Source of the DNA: Meyerozyma guilliermondii
Taxonomy: Eukaryota
Direction of reading: 5' to 3'
Assembly: GCA_051546255.1 (NCBI GenBank)
Contig: CP128819.1
Location: 806,001-870,000, forward strand
Length of the DNA stretch: 64,000 bases
The notes beneath the pieces are model-generated. The model worked only from the letters and a program-made list of their open reading frames with translations, ran no database searches and was not told where the DNA came from. Shown in pieces: positions 31,114 through 41,187 of the stretch. Both the position numbers and the translations under genes were made by a program. The stretch's first letter is position 1; the number at the start of each line of letters is the position of its first letter.

Positions 31114-31379
31114 GTACTTATAAATACATTCATGGATACAGGGTGTAGCCGAGTAGAGAGACAAGGGAAGCACATGGATTTAAGGAATTGTTCCGTATCA
31201 ATTGGTTATATTCTCAAGATTCGACTTCTGATGCTAATCACTAAAAATTTGAATCCTCAAGTATCAAATCTTTACATCTATATTCTTCAACTTTCTATAT
31301 CTCTAGTTGTCCAGCTCTTCAAATTTCATTCAACAATCCCCGTCTCCTACCTCTTTAACGTTCGAATTTTCTATCTGAT

Positions 31380-31490
31380 GAATTCTTCTCTAGACCTCCA
31401 TTTCTCTAGATCTCTACTACCCTTAGTCTCTCTAATTCTCTACTTCTCTTCGTTTCTTCTCTCTTCGTTTCTTCTCTACTCCTCTTCTCC
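31380..31490 (-). repeat. GA-rich (plus-strand CT-rich) low-complexity tract with a 15-bp duplication in the RSM25 3' region
   Basis: TCTTCGTTTCTTCTC x2 plus TTCTCTAGA(C/T)CTC repeats. Confidence 0.65.
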
Positions 31491-31499
31491 CATTACTAT

Positions 31500-32303
31500 T
31501 TACAGGCTCTCTTCTTCCACAAATTCGGTTTCCCATGCAGACGTCGTTTTCTCCACCACATCCTCCGCTCCCATCGACCCATTTGAGCTCTTTCCATCCT
31601 TGCTAGCCGTCTTGACCTTGGTGGCATCGCCAGCAACCTTGGTCCAAATATCAATGTATTCTTGTTCTTGGTTGACTCCATGCTCAAGGTGAGGCGATGG
31701 GAATACGGCTCCATACATAGTCGACTCTTCCCGAGAAACCGCACTGCTCATCTCCTCCTCCATGCGCAAACGATAAAACTCAAACCGGGCTTCATCGTAC
31801 GCATCGAAAAGGGTAATGCTCTTACCATCCATCTTGGACCGGTTCAATAACCACAACGTTCTTTGTACCACCGACTCTCCATCGAGCGGTTTGTTGAATT
31901 GGAGCATGTGTGACCAGTCACATTTGCTGTTATCGTCTCCCAGAGTCTCCACCAATACTTTGGGACGAGAAAATTCCCATGGATGCTGATGGTAAAATAC
32001 ATCTCTCAATTGATCTTCCAAAAATTGTAATTTGGGCACCCTGGAAACCAGGTTATTTTTCTGCTTTCTGTCTTCTACGCTCGTCCTCGTCTTGTATTCT
32101 CCATTAATCTTGGTGAAAATTGATTCCAGAGGATCGGATTTTTGGCCGCCTGTTTCGAATAGCTTAGGTTTTTTCGTCAAGTTCGTCGAAGGTGGATGTG
32201 CCCCCACCACGTCAAACCAAGCGGGTTTGGTTCTTAACAAGCCTGCTTTGAGGTAATGCGACGTGCGCTCAAGCACACCGGTGGCCCCAGTTTGTACTTT
32301 CAT
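31500..32303 (-). CDS. RSM25: Mitochondrial small-subunit ribosomal protein mS23
   Basis: [46 protein letters not shown] and [10 protein letters not shown] motifs. Confidence 0.95.
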   Translation of the reverse strand: MKVQTGATGVLERTSHYLKAGLLRTKPAWFDVVGAHPPSTNLTKKPKLFETGGQKSDPLESIFTKINGEYKTRTSVEDRKQKNNLVSRVPKLQFLEDQLRDVFYHQHPWEFSRPKVLVETLGDDNSKCDWSHMLQFNKPLDGESVVQRTLWLLNRSKMDGKSITLFDAYDEARFEFYRLRMEEEMSSAVSREESTMYGAVFPSPHLEHGVNQEQEYIDIWTKVAGDATKVKTASKDGKSSNGSMGAEDVVEKTTSAWETEFVEEESL

Positions 32304-32410
32304 ATTGAGCTACAAGTCAACGAAAAATTTTTGACCTGCATGCGCCCGGTGATTTTTGGTGAGCGGCACTGCACAGAGCCTCAAACTAACCATCGTACTA
32401 CGACAATGCC

Positions 32411-34294
32411 ATGGTGTTGATCCGACGCTTCACTACGAGCGCTCGACTATGGAAACAAGAATTCGACATTGACAAATGCGTGGAACGTATAACCAGAAAT
32501 TTGGCCTATAGAGACGACTTTCCGTACCTTTTTGATGCATATGATACCATTATACAACGCCATCGCAGCTGGAATATCAACAAGTACCCTGTAAAAGAGA
32601 CCACGATTTTCCTGGAAAACTTGGAAACAGATGATACAAAAGACCAGCGACGCAAAATTATCAATACCCTGAATTATAGAGCTCCATCAGCAACATATAT
32701 CAATTTCTTGAAGACATTATATCCATCAAAGTTGCACACTTCTTTGCATTTGGGACAGCAGCCTTCGCCAAACAGCCATGGTCCTATCGAGAACATGCTA
32801 AAATATCAAAATATCAACCATGACTTGCTTTATCAACGATTTTGCTCTCTTCCTCGTCCAGCATTTCTTCATATGAGGCCCCAGCACGCCGAAGATTTCC
32901 TCTCCAAGTTTTTAACTCGACGAGATTTCACCAAACCGAGCTTACTCTCGTCCTCTTCAACACTCGGTCCTATTGCTACCATTAGAGCATACCAGGAACT
33001 GATCGAGAAACGTACCGAATACGTGGATATGTGCTCGCATGTATTTCAAGATTTACGAGACTCAGGTCTTCCTACGACCAGCAGCGAGAGAAACAAACTT
33101 TTCTACTACCTTTATCACAAGGACAGACACGATGTTCTAAAATTGGTCGATAAAGCGGTTTCTTTGTGTGATTCCGATACTCCATTACTCAACTTTACTC
33201 CACGCAAATTCGACTGGTCGGCGTACAAAACGTTTATTAACCAGTTTGAGCTTGATGAAGATACGGCTAATATGCTATTATCTTTGGCAATTCGTCATAA
33301 GCAGCCTGCAATTGTTTCAGATATACTCGATAAGGTGGGAATTGATAGTGAACGAACCGCCAGTCTTGTGTTGGATGCACAATTGAATCCTTATTGGTCC
33401 AAAAATCTTCCTCAGACGACGATCCCAGCTCTCGAGTACTGCTCGCGAACACATTTAGATATCAGTACCGTCAACAAAATCATAAAGTATCTCGTTCATC
33501 GAGGACACATCCGCTTAGCAGAAAAAATCCTCAAGCATTTCAACCCAAAAGAGTCTTTGGCAACCAACAAGCACCTAATTACTTACAAACAGTTGACACC
33601 CGAAGATGTCCAGTTGTATGAGACCACGCTCAAATCTTATGATGAGTTTTTGAGGCTTAACGACCAAAAGCGAGATTACAAACTATTTCCCACGGAAGAC
33701 ACATTTCTTCCGTTGATAGAATTCTATTCTTCTCAGCATCAGTTCGACCACGCATTGAGACTCATGGATGTTATGGAAATGGGGTTTGGGCTCCCATTAA
33801 CTACCAGAATATTTCGTGCTGTGGTTGAGATCTTTAAACACATTTCCATCGAACAAGGTTCAAATTATAGCCTCGAGAAATTTCGGTACTTGCTAGCTCG
33901 CATATTGTTGTGTCACAGCTATAGCTATAGAGTAGTCGACGATACGACATATGGCAGCTTGACGTCGGATCTCACCGTCCCACCATCTTTGGAGCCTTAT
34001 TTGTCACCATTTCTCAACAATGCTGAGCCAGCGTTACCATACAACAGAGGGACATTTCTCAAGTTGAAAGACGACTTGATGTCGAGCATTTTCATGGCTG
34101 CGATCCATGTTATCAACGACTCATCGTTGGCTCATCAGATATCCGAACTGCACATTCTACTTAAAAAAACAGTGGCAGATTTACGAAAGTCAAACGACAG
34201 GCGCCTGGACTCCGCCAAAGCAGTGTATATAAACGACGGAGTCACCTACGCCAAAAGAGAGGCATTGTTTGAACTCATGGAAATGATAGTTTGA
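32411..34294 (+). CDS. Mitochondrial helical-repeat (PPR-like) protein
   Basis: Presequence (IRRFTTSARLW). PPR-like units such as PTEDTFLPLIEFYSSQHQFDHALRLMDVMEMGFGLPLTTRIFRAVV and TVNKIIKYLVHRGHIRLAEKIL. Confidence 0.7.
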   Translation: MVLIRRFTTSARLWKQEFDIDKCVERITRNLAYRDDFPYLFDAYDTIIQRHRSWNINKYPVKETTIFLENLETDDTKDQRRKIINTLNYRAPSATYINFLKTLYPSKLHTSLHLGQQPSPNSHGPIENMLKYQNINHDLLYQRFCSLPRPAFLHMRPQHAEDFLSKFLTRRDFTKPSLLSSSSTLGPIATIRAYQELIEKRTEYVDMCSHVFQDLRDSGLPTTSSERNKLFYYLYHKDRHDVLKLVDKAVSLCDSDTPLLNFTPRKFDWSAYKTFINQFELDEDTANMLLSLAIRHKQPAIVSDILDKVGIDSERTASLVLDAQLNPYWSKNLPQTTIPALEYCSRTHLDISTVNKIIKYLVHRGHIRLAEKILKHFNPKESLATNKHLITYKQLTPEDVQLYETTLKSYDEFLRLNDQKRDYKLFPTEDTFLPLIEFYSSQHQFDHALRLMDVMEMGFGLPLTTRIFRAVVEIFKHISIEQGSNYSLEKFRYLLARILLCHSYSYRVVDDTTYGSLTSDLTVPPSLEPYLSPFLNNAEPALPYNRGTFLKLKDDLMSSIFMAAIHVINDSSLAHQISELHILLKKTVADLRKSNDRRLDSAKAVYINDGVTYAKREALFELMEMIV

Positions 34295-34462
34295 CAAGAA
34301 GAAAAAAGGAAAAAGAACATATGATAAGAACGAGGAAAAGAACATAAGAATGATGATAGAGGAGGATAGACAAAATATCATAAAGACCCAAGTCAAGTCA
34401 GTGAAGACTTAAGTCAAGTCAAGACTTACACTTTAATGTTGGCTTATGCTTTGGCTATCTAC

Positions 34463-34915
34463 CTACACCATTTCCTTTGCCAGTTTGCCCAATGTCTGGC
34501 CACGGTAAAATTGAGCTTGCTGCTCGGCTGCCGCAAGGTTTCCTTCTTCAGTTATGAGTTCATCGAGGTCATAATCGTAATGGTTTGGATCGGTATCGAC
34601 ATCGAGTTTTTCTTTTCGTTTCCGTAACGACGGAGTTCCATCATGCTTTAATGTCATTCTCACCGGCAAATCATCGGTGGTAACTTTTACCCTGTTTTTC
34701 AACGAGTCTTTATGGGTTTCGTTCGCCTGTTCTTGTCGAGCTATTTCATCCGGGGGAAGATACCCCATAGTTCCGGAGGAAACAGCTGAAGTAGAATGCA
34801 CCAGTTTTGTCGGTTTTTTCTTTTTTTGCTTCTCATACGTGGCAAGCCCAGACATGTATGGAAGTGCAATGGCCAAAACCACGAACACAAGTCCAACCAA
34901 CAATACCGCAAGCAT
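34463..34915 (-). CDS. EXP1: ER export cofactor Exp1 (YDL121C-like)
   Basis: N-terminal TM ending IALPYMSG, DPNHYDYDLDELI motif (recalled S. cerevisiae DPNDFDFDIDDLI) and 150 aa length. Divergent from YFH1 as with YDL121C/YDL120W. Confidence 0.75.
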   Translation of the reverse strand: MLAVLLVGLVFVVLAIALPYMSGLATYEKQKKKKPTKLVHSTSAVSSGTMGYLPPDEIARQEQANETHKDSLKNRVKVTTDDLPVRMTLKHDGTPSLRKRKEKLDVDTDPNHYDYDLDELITEEGNLAAAEQQAQFYRGQTLGKLAKEMV

Positions 34916-35055
34916 TAGGACCTAACGGTACTATCGGCGATGCGATCGAGAACCGGTGCATCTCGCGTGACACATCGATACACCAGCACCACAGTTAGCC
35001 TCACGTCATTTTCCAGAAATTATAGTGGTTACATTCACTTGGTTCTTCTTTTGAA

Positions 35056-35574
35056 ATGTTTCGCCAGGCAATAAGACGATTTCACGGCGTGGGCAGAACC
35101 ACCAGGGGAACCACCAGGCTTGTGCAAGTACCATTGAGGCGCCAAGGGTGGCCAATTACGAATGCTCCAGGTATGATTGGTGGTCGGTTTTACTCGATTA
35201 ATACGGAAGGAGAAGACATTTCCGACTCCATAGATAAGATTAGCATCGGCGAGTACCATCGTGTGGCAGATGAGTATTTGGAAACACTTGCTGACGAACT
35301 TGAGACTCTTGCCGAGGATAATCCTCAGGTTGATGCCGAGCTCAGTCACGGAGTTTTGACGCTTGTTCTTCCTCCCTATGGAACATATGTCATCAACAAG
35401 CAGCCACCTAACCAGCAAATATGGCTCAGTAGCCCTGTGAGTGGCCCGAAGCGGTTTGACCTCATCAAGTCCCGGTGGATCACATTGCGGGATAACTCTT
35501 CGTTGACGGAAACACTTGAAACCGAGCTTTCTTCAGCATTAGGAAATGAAACCAAGCTCGATGTGCAACAATAA
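35056..35574 (+). CDS. YFH1: Frataxin
   Basis: YHRVADEYLE, GVLTL, GTYVINKQPPNQQIWLSSPVSGPKRFD. Confidence 0.98.
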   Translation: MFRQAIRRFHGVGRTTRGTTRLVQVPLRRQGWPITNAPGMIGGRFYSINTEGEDISDSIDKISIGEYHRVADEYLETLADELETLAEDNPQVDAELSHGVLTLVLPPYGTYVINKQPPNQQIWLSSPVSGPKRFDLIKSRWITLRDNSSLTETLETELSSALGNETKLDVQQ

Positions 35575-35713
35575 TGTATATAGACATCAGCTAGATACCG
35601 AAGAAGGTGTCCTCCAAACTTGTAGGTCTTCCTTACAAACTTGTAGATCTTCCGTGTCTTACATAACCGCACCAACTTGGCGCATCGCTGCGAAACGGCA
35701 CCGGTCTTCCGTC

Positions 35714-36772
35714 ATGCCACCGAATATACGGTTGAAAGGGCCCCTCATGAGTAGCAGCAGGGTGTCCATACATACAGAGTACCATATACGGAACAAGAAA
35801 CGAGTGAAAAAATTAACGGTATCCATAAAACTTGACCCGGAAAAATTGCGACAAGCTTTGGACATGAACATTAGTGATAGCGACAGCGATCTATGGTCGC
35901 TAGATCAAGAGTTGAACAAGAACCTACTGGAACTGACCCAGGCGCTGTCACAGGGTCCGAAAATCGCCGAGAAAAACGATCAACAGCACACTGAAAATCT
36001 CCCCAAAAACGAGTCTCTTGACTTGTATCGAACTATACCCCCAAACCTAAGAACCACGATTGACCGAGAGCTAGGAGAGGATTTAGGAATGATAGAAAAG
36101 ATGATCTTCACCCTCAAAGACCCCATAACAGCCACGAGAATTAGACTTCCTGTTCGTTCTACTTCTTGTGCACATTTTGAGTGCTTTGATTTCGATAATT
36201 TTTGCGAGTTTACCAAGATTCCCGCCGGCGTAAAGGCATTTATACGCAAGGATTTGGTCAAACGCGGGCTTGAGTTGAAAAGATATGAGAAATTGATCCA
36301 AAAAGACGCTGGTCGTCGCAAAGTTCCTCCTCCCCCACAATGGCTCCAGCCCATTCACCATGCATATTTGCCCAACATTCCCACATACAAATGCCCAGTA
36401 TGCGATACCGCGTTCCCGCTACACCAATTGTACATTAGTGACGTCTTCAACTTTTTCGTGAAGTTCACACCAAGTTACGTCCATCGCATAGAAATCACCG
36501 ATCGAATAAAATACCGAATAATCGAAGACGAAAAAGAACCGTCTACTTCTGCTGCCTGCGAAGATATAGTGGTTTTATCTGACGACGACGACGAAGCTGA
36601 AGTTAAAACCGAACCCATAACCTCCAATTCCACTCACAGCAACCACAGCAACCACAGCACCAGCCTGCCGTTCAGCGACGATGTCTTTGATGATGGACTC
36701 GATGAACAGTTGGCGCTATTACCCCAGGAACAAGGCTCTGGTACCTGGAACGACCCCGTCACCGTGGACTGA
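35714..36772 (+). CDS. SP-RING (zf-MIZ) SUMO E3 ligase-like protein lacking SAP/PINIT, with C-terminal SIM
   Basis: FTLKDPITATRIRLPVRSTSCAHFECFD ... YKCPVCDTAFPLHQLYISDVF and SIM DIVVLSDDDDE. Start uncertain; ATG 35714 is the first in-frame ATG downstream of YFH1. Confidence 0.8.
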   Translation: MPPNIRLKGPLMSSSRVSIHTEYHIRNKKRVKKLTVSIKLDPEKLRQALDMNISDSDSDLWSLDQELNKNLLELTQALSQGPKIAEKNDQQHTENLPKNESLDLYRTIPPNLRTTIDRELGEDLGMIEKMIFTLKDPITATRIRLPVRSTSCAHFECFDFDNFCEFTKIPAGVKAFIRKDLVKRGLELKRYEKLIQKDAGRRKVPPPPQWLQPIHHAYLPNIPTYKCPVCDTAFPLHQLYISDVFNFFVKFTPSYVHRIEITDRIKYRIIEDEKEPSTSAACEDIVVLSDDDDEAEVKTEPITSNSTHSNHSNHSTSLPFSDDVFDDGLDEQLALLPQEQGSGTWNDPVTVD

Positions 36773-37079
36773 CTACAAAATACACACTACGATTACAACT
36801 TGTAAAAATGATTTCTAGTAGTATGAATGTTCTCTTGCAGCCATGGACAAGACTTTTCCTGCAGATAGGTGCGGCGCGGCCCCGTCACGACCCTTGGCAG
36901 AGGTGTCGCAACCGAATTATTTTGTTTCCCCTGGCAAAGTTTCGAACGTTTAAGTTTATCGAAACTCAGCAACTTTTCAAATTTTTTGAAACCTTTACGT
37001 TTTGAACCAGTTTTCCGTAGGTACCACCACGAATTAATGATCCAAATATTTATAACTTTTCACTAACATCAGAAACTAT

Positions 37080-39146
37080 ATGTCTAAACCGAAACCGTCC
37101 CGAAGTAATCATGCCGTTTCTTTGACAAACGGCACCACAATTTCAAGGTTATTTTTCCTTTTTTCCCAACTCCCTCGCTTGGTATATGCTCTTCCAGTGT
37201 TCAACCGTGCCCATCATGAGTCTATTCTGCACAATGATATCGTCAACGCCAGTGAAAATATGACACCCGAACAATTTTACATCAACTTGGCGGTCTCTGC
37301 CGTGCTTGTTCTTCTTGGAGGTGTATTCGCTGGCCTCACATTAGGTTTAATGGGCCAGGACGAAGTGTACTTGAAAGTTATCTCCACAAGTGGCGACGCT
37401 TATGAACGTAGATACGCCCGCAAAGTGCTTAAATTGATTGGTCGCGGAAAGCACTGGGTATTGGTAACGTTGTTGCTCTCAAATGTCATCACCAATGAAA
37501 CCTTACCCATTGTTCTTGACCGTTGTTTGGGCGGTGGTTGGCCAGCAGTTGTCACCTCCACCGCGTCCATCGTGATCTTTGGAGAAATCATTCCGCAATC
37601 TATTTGCGTTCGGTATGGTCTTCAGGTCGGTGCCATGTTCGCCCCCTTTGTCCTCATCTTGATGTATATCATGTACCCAGTGGCTTACCCTTGTGCTCTT
37701 TTGTTAGATCACATTTTGGGAGAGGACCATGGTACAGTGTACAAGAAATCAGGGTTGAAGACGTTGGTCACTCTCCACAAAACTATGGGTGTGGAACGCT
37801 TAAACCAAGACGAAGTAACTATCATTAGCGCTGTTTTGGATTTGAAAGAAAAAGATGTTGCCAACATCATGACTCCCATCGACAGAGTGTTCACCATGAG
37901 CTCTGATATGATATTAGATGAGAAAACAGTAGAGGAAATTTTCAACGCGGGGTTTTCTCGTATTCCTATCCACTTGCCCAATGATCCCATGAACTTTGTT
38001 GGTATGCTTTTGGTACGTGTTTTGATCAGTTATGATCCAGAAGATGCATTGCCAGTGGCTGCATTCCCATTAGCCACATTGCCGGAAACAAGTTCGGAAA
38101 CTTCATGTTTGAACATTTTAAATTACTTTCAAGAAGGTAAATCACATATGATTATTGTTAGTGAGACACCCGGAGAACCTACTGGAGCAATTGGTGTTTT
38201 GACTCTTGAAGATGTGATTGAAGAATTGATCGGAGAAGAAATTGTCGATGAATCCGACGTTTATGTCGACATAAACAAAAACATCAAACGTACTCAACCG
38301 GGGCCATTATCGAAACGTCACTTAACATCGTATCTCCTGAATTTGTATCAGAGATCCAATTCCAATTCCAAGAGGAATTCCCTTGACGATTCTGCCCGTC
38401 AGCCACTCAAAGAGGCCACGCCCGATGAAAGTCAGGTTTCTGGCAGTAAGACATGGAAGCCAATGAACCCTGCTGCCAACCCATTGGAAACCAACAAGAA
38501 GTTTGTGACAATCAAGAGACCCGACTACGACACGGTCAAGAGTCTTTCTGGCGTGTCAAGAAGCCACCGCGAGCGCCAAGATGGCGCCCAAAGACAAAGA
38601 CACCTTGTACCTCAATACGGCGCGGTGCATGCAACCGAAGAAGGGGCATTGAGAGATGCCAAGCGTCGAAGTAGCGATCACGATAGTGCCTCACGCCAAC
38701 GATTTTTACTACCTGAAGAACGAGAAACCGATGTTTCTGAAATCGTCAGCCACAACGGCCAGCACGATGCCGCCGATGCACCACCCACCACTGTAAAACT
38801 AGATGATGTCAATGGTTCTGGAGGGAACAGCATCCCCCTTGTTACGCAAGAGCACAGTGAATCCAGATCTTACCGTACTGGAGGAATCGTTGAGTCGGTG
38901 GTCAATGTGGACGGTGTGCACAAAACGATCATTGAGAACGTCAGTGACGATGAGGACAACAATGAGCTTATTGCCACACCGCACGGATCAATGCGGAAGA
39001 AACACTTGGATGCAATCTTCAAGAACGGCGATGGACGGTCGGAAGAAGTGGAACAACTTCTCGGCGATGACAATTCGTCCGAAACCAGCAAGAGCCGCAA
39101 GCAGCTGATGTGGGACCGGTTCATTAATCCCTCCAGCGACGAGTAG
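37080..39146 (+). CDS. MAM3: CNNM/CorB-family metal homeostasis protein (DUF21 + CBS pair)
   Basis: [57 protein letters not shown] and [19 protein letters not shown] motifs. Confidence 0.95.
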   Translation: MSKPKPSRSNHAVSLTNGTTISRLFFLFSQLPRLVYALPVFNRAHHESILHNDIVNASENMTPEQFYINLAVSAVLVLLGGVFAGLTLGLMGQDEVYLKVISTSGDAYERRYARKVLKLIGRGKHWVLVTLLLSNVITNETLPIVLDRCLGGGWPAVVTSTASIVIFGEIIPQSICVRYGLQVGAMFAPFVLILMYIMYPVAYPCALLLDHILGEDHGTVYKKSGLKTLVTLHKTMGVERLNQDEVTIISAVLDLKEKDVANIMTPIDRVFTMSSDMILDEKTVEEIFNAGFSRIPIHLPNDPMNFVGMLLVRVLISYDPEDALPVAAFPLATLPETSSETSCLNILNYFQEGKSHMIIVSETPGEPTGAIGVLTLEDVIEELIGEEIVDESDVYVDINKNIKRTQPGPLSKRHLTSYLLNLYQRSNSNSKRNSLDDSARQPLKEATPDESQVSGSKTWKPMNPAANPLETNKKFVTIKRPDYDTVKSLSGVSRSHRERQDGAQRQRHLVPQYGAVHATEEGALRDAKRRSSDHDSASRQRFLLPEERETDVSEIVSHNGQHDAADAPPTTVKLDDVNGSGGNSIPLVTQEHSESRSYRTGGIVESVVNVDGVHKTIIENVSDDEDNNELIATPHGSMRKKHLDAIFKNGDGRSEEVEQLLGDDNSSETSKSRKQLMWDRFINPSSDE

Positions 39147-39439
39147 CTAGTAGGTATGGTTGATTTTATATATTATACATTCGTTGTAACCCCGAGTACC
39201 CCACGTCGGCTATACTGGTTATGTCATCATATCCGATTTAACTCGCGGCAACTTTACGCACCGACGGCTCGGTGACAAAGTCAATTTAAACTGGCGCGGA
39301 ACGACTTAACAAATTTGGCCACTTACAACCCCCTGAAGGATCACATTGTTGTACATAAACCACCGTGAAAAGTCGAGTACTTGCCACCATTTATATCCAT
39401 TCGTTGCAATATCCACCATAATTCATATTTTCTTCTACA

Positions 39440-41044
39440 ATGACGGGAGACAAGTTGACCTCATCACATGGGAAAAATAAACGGTTCTTTTCTGCTTCTT
39501 CGTCGTCGTTGAATCAGGAATTGCAACCCAGGGACAACGATGGAACATTGTCGGCGTCATCGCATCGATCATTTTTGAAAAAAATGAATTCTAGGGGCTC
39601 TAGATCAATATCTCCACAAACCAGTTCGAGCTCAATTAGCTCATTTTTCAGGAGAAATCCAACCCAATCCGAAAGTGATACCTCCAAGGATCGGTTTCAT
39701 TTCGAGCACGATGTGGGACTGCCGGTCAATCCCTACCAAGATTCTCATTCCAGTTTAAACGACGACACCACGGCTCTGGAATCAGACCGCTCTCTGGTGA
39801 AAAAGCACGACGAGAAAGCTCCGCAAAACCATTTTGAAAAGCAAAAAAACCACAGTCATGTATCGTTGCGCCGTTTTTTTAAAAAATTTAAGATTGAGTC
39901 CGATTCCAAAAAGGCGAAAAATTACCACCAACAACACCATACTCACCACCTTCACAAATCCCACTCAGAATTATTCAAAAAGTACGGCGAGGTTGGAAAA
40001 CTTTTGGGTACTGGAGCCAGTGGCTCTGTTAACATTGTACGAGCCAAGGACAATCCCAATAAAGTTTACGCAATCAAGAAATTTAGAGCAAGACTTCCAA
40101 GAGAAGCCGAGAGCGACTACAAGGCCAAAGTGAAAAATGAGTTCAAAATCGGCGAGATTTTGCACCATGAGAACCTCATTCATACTATAGAGCTCATAAG
40201 GGACCATACAACTTTGATGGGAGATCCTGACTATTACATTGTCATGGACTATTGCCCATATGATTTTTTCAACTTGGTTATGTCAGGCTTGATGAGTCAG
40301 GAAGAAGTGGCGTGCTACTTTAAACAAATTGTTAATGGTGTGAACCATTTGCATCAAAACGGGTTGGCACATCGTGATCTCAAGCTTGACAACTGCGTGG
40401 TAACCACCGATGGAATCTTAAAGTTGATAGATTTTGGATCTGCCGTCCAATTCCAAAAAGATTTGGTAGAAGGAACTCACAAAATGGACATTATCGATGA
40501 TAAGCATCGTTTGGTAAGAGCAAGAGGTATCGTGGGCTCGGATCCGTACCTTGCACCCGAGGTATTTGAACCCAGTAACTTTGGCTATGATCCTCGACTC
40601 GTCGATGTATGGTCTGTGGCTATCATATTCTGCTGTATGTCTCTCAAGCGGTTCCCCTGGAAGATTCCCAAGTATCTGGACCCCTCTTATCGTGCATTTG
40701 CTGAGGAACAGCAGCCCGACGTTGTAGCCGGGGTCGAGCATCTCAATGTCAACGATGATCCACACCATCATAAACGAAGCCCTTCGAAGCTCATGAAGCT
40801 AATTCCTCCACAATCGGTGCTGTTGGTGAGGTCCATGCTCACAGTAGACCCTTCAAAAAGAGCTTTTATTCACGATGTCGTTGCTAGCGACTTTTACAAG
40901 TCCATCGCTGTTTGTCATGTTGAGGAAGACATTGTAGTTAAAGCGAAAAACCACATCCACCATCTCATCACCGAGGAAGAATTGCAACAGATTCAACAAG
41001 AAAAAGACAAATCTAAGAAAAAGGCCAATGGCTTGGCTCAGTAA
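39440..41044 (+). CDS. NPR/HAL-family Ser/Thr protein kinase (Hrk1/Rtk1-like)
   Basis: LGTGASGSV, YAIKKF, HRDLKLDN, DFGSA, GIVGSDPYLAPE, DVWSVAIIFCCMSLKRFPWKIP. Paralog not resolvable by eye. Confidence 0.92.
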   Translation: MTGDKLTSSHGKNKRFFSASSSSLNQELQPRDNDGTLSASSHRSFLKKMNSRGSRSISPQTSSSSISSFFRRNPTQSESDTSKDRFHFEHDVGLPVNPYQDSHSSLNDDTTALESDRSLVKKHDEKAPQNHFEKQKNHSHVSLRRFFKKFKIESDSKKAKNYHQQHHTHHLHKSHSELFKKYGEVGKLLGTGASGSVNIVRAKDNPNKVYAIKKFRARLPREAESDYKAKVKNEFKIGEILHHENLIHTIELIRDHTTLMGDPDYYIVMDYCPYDFFNLVMSGLMSQEEVACYFKQIVNGVNHLHQNGLAHRDLKLDNCVVTTDGILKLIDFGSAVQFQKDLVEGTHKMDIIDDKHRLVRARGIVGSDPYLAPEVFEPSNFGYDPRLVDVWSVAIIFCCMSLKRFPWKIPKYLDPSYRAFAEEQQPDVVAGVEHLNVNDDPHHHKRSPSKLMKLIPPQSVLLVRSMLTVDPSKRAFIHDVVASDFYKSIAVCHVEEDIVVKAKNHIHHLITEEELQQIQQEKDKSKKKANGLAQ

Positions 41045-41187
41045 ATATCTTATGGCTGCAACAGGTACTCCCAGTTAATATACAGGACCAAAATTTGGTG
41101 AGATTGCGGTTATCGTTAAACAAAATAATTGTTGTTATAATCATATTAGCCACCAGTATAGATTTTTGATCCCTTCAGTTCCGCAAG

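Noticed and set aside
31132..31692. 186-aa hydrophobic plus-strand ORF
   Set aside because: Made of CT-rich low-complexity terminator sequence plus the antisense of RSM25.
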